A DNA stretch of 62,926 nt, filler included, from Globobulimina sp. (taxonomy: Eukaryota), in the NCBI GenBank assembly GCA_003354225.1. It is 50 parts of 50 records of this genome, joined end to end, with 100 filler letters (N's around TTAATTAATTAA, not from the genome) between each part and the next. Parts side by side here need not be neighbours in the genome. Positions count along the whole stretch, not along the records: positions 60,507 to 61,666 come from PIVH01022023.1; positions 61,767 to 62,926 come from PIVH01022024.1; 48 more parts are not named here. The stretch is one strand, 5' to 3'. Positions 61,224 through 62,926 of the stretch are shown piece after piece. The notes beneath the pieces are model-generated. The model ran no database searches. It saw nothing but the letters and a program-made list of their open reading frames with translations, and was not told the DNA's origin. How positions within the stretch are numbered: position 1 is the stretch's first letter; each line of letters opens with the position of its first letter. The translations under genes and the position numbers were made by a program.

Positions 61224-62103
61224 TGAAATTATATTTATTTTTGTTTTAATGAGTAATTTTTGTTGTATTGTTTGTGTATTTGTTGGTTGAAATAATTAAA
61301 AATGTAAAAAATGTTTTTTTATTTAAAATTATTTATTGGGAATTTGAGGAGAAATAAAGTGTTTGCTTTCGGTGTGATATTTGAATGAAAACAAGATATT
61401 TTTTACAAATTCGGCGAAATTGAATATAATTCGTCTGTTTTGAAGAGTTTAAGTTTAACAGGATTTTTCAATGGTAACTTGGGTGTAGGCTCAACAATTT
61501 TTTTATTCCAGTGCGTTAACGAAAAGTTTCGCATTTCAAAAACAGCCAAAATGTCGTCTCAGAACAAAACTAATAGAAATGTGTAAGTTAATGTGTTGCA
61601 ATTATGAATGTTCATTTTGCTTTGCTTTTATTGCTCTTTGTTCCCACGTATATTGTAAATCCGATGNNNNNNNNNNNNNNNNNNNNNNNNNNNNNNNNNN
61701 NNNNNNNNNNTTAATTAATTAANNNNNNNNNNNNNNNNNNNNNNNNNNNNNNNNNNNNNNNNNNNNTTGGTTATTCCAACCCGATTATCCAATAACTTAT
61801 ACTGCCCAAAAAACGTCAATAACCATTTTTTATGCTGATTTATTGTTTGTTGTTTTAATTTTGTCACAAATTGATGATAGATTCTTAATAATTCCTTGTA
61901 ATTCACAACATTGTTGTTGTCATAGGCGAGAATATCGTCAATCTCTGGATGTTGATGATGTATTAATAACAAGTGATGATCTATAAAATCTAACGTGTTT
62001 TTGACTGAACACAAATATGCTTCTTGAATGTTCAATGCTTTTGCGAATTTTTGAATGATTATAGCTGTTTATTTATCAATGGGTCAATGCGAAAAAGTTA
62101 ATA

Positions 62104-62475
62104 TTAAAATACAAATATACCAAAATTCTGCAACGCAGCGTCGAGCCGAGATACTTTTGAGGAGATAGAGCCGCTATACATTGAATGTGTAATGCCGAAT
62201 ATATTCGTCAGTAAACACAGAAAAGTGCCATACTTCCAAACAACAGTTATATGCATCAGATAACCGATAATAATTAATATGATGGTTAATATGGCAAAGC
62301 CAAGGTGTAATAACGTGATTGCAGTGGTTTGGTAATCCAGAAACATGTCACCTAATTTAGGGATGGAACTGTATAGAAATACGTTATCGACTCTGGCTTG
62401 GGTCTGGTTGGAGGAGGCGCGGTGTCTCAGTGCGGAGATAACATTGGTGTTTGTTGGCTGAGTAGCATTGCTCAT
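62104..62475 (-). CDS. Small two-TM hypothetical protein, may continue after an intron
   Basis: ORF with two hydrophobic helices. Confidence 0.4.
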   Translation of the reverse strand: MSNATQPTNTNVISALRHRASSNQTQARVDNVFLYSSIPKLGDMFLDYQTTAITLLHLGFAILTIILIIIGYLMHITVVWKYGTFLCLLTNIFGITHSMYSGSISSKVSRLDAALQNFGIFVF

Positions 62476-62926
62476 CGATATTGCTATAGATAGTGTATGT
62501 TGTATGTGTGTATATGTTATGCATGTTATATATGTATGTAATGTACGTTGTGCAAGGATAGTAAATATATATTAAAAGTGTATTAAAAGTGTAGAGTACC
62601 AGTGTTTTGTTTTGATATTAATTGTTCTTCGGATGATTGGTGAATTAGAGGGGATTGGGAATCCACGTATTGATGGGATATAAATGGTGCGACTTTTACG
62701 TCATCTTCGGTGTTATTTATTGAATGATGGATATTTAGAGAATTATATGCTTCATCTTCTTTATTCAGTTTATTATTATTTAGTAAGTCATTCATTTGAA
62801 TCAACGAGTGGTTATGCTGAGAATTAGATTCTAAACTCTGATAATTATTATTATTAGCTGTAGACGATAAGAGACGCTCTGTATAGTCGTTTGCTTTCAT
62901 TTAATTGAAGCACATAATAAGACACC

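Noticed and set aside
1162-61766. Regularly spaced TTAATTAATTAA motif resembling a repeat array
   Set aside because: Artificial linker inside N runs; ORFs ending in X...LIN are artefacts of it.

Overview
This window is not one locus. It is 50 unrelated contigs of about 1160 bp joined by 100-nt N spacers containing TTAATTAATTAA, so adjacency across spacers means nothing. Most contigs look like one AT-rich, intron-containing protist genome; the gene-family style suggests Foraminifera/Rhizaria, which is an inference. Recognisable genes include eIF3j, IST1-PDZ, HAP2, HMG-CoA synthase, SF3A3, RPB6, a CenH3-like histone, a type III PKS, a GH3 hydrolase, GPCRs and ART-like proteins. Mixed in are metazoan-like mobile elements (DIRS tyrosine recombinase, a Maverick/Polinton packaging ATPase with an intron in Walker A, copia gag) and bacterial contigs (an integron cassette array and an RND/MMPL transporter). 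A fold-back at one contig end suggests whole-genome amplification. The strongest findings are: two homologous tRNA-shaped genes with very long anticodon-loop inserts (242 and 106 nt), covarying stems and different anticodons; attC-delimited cassettes of unknown function; a RelA/SpoT-like domain split by a discoidin domain; a membrane-anchored type III PKS; a bacterial-type PRTase ending in SKL; and a long ORF crossing a single TAG. All family calls come from motif recognition only; no searches were run.
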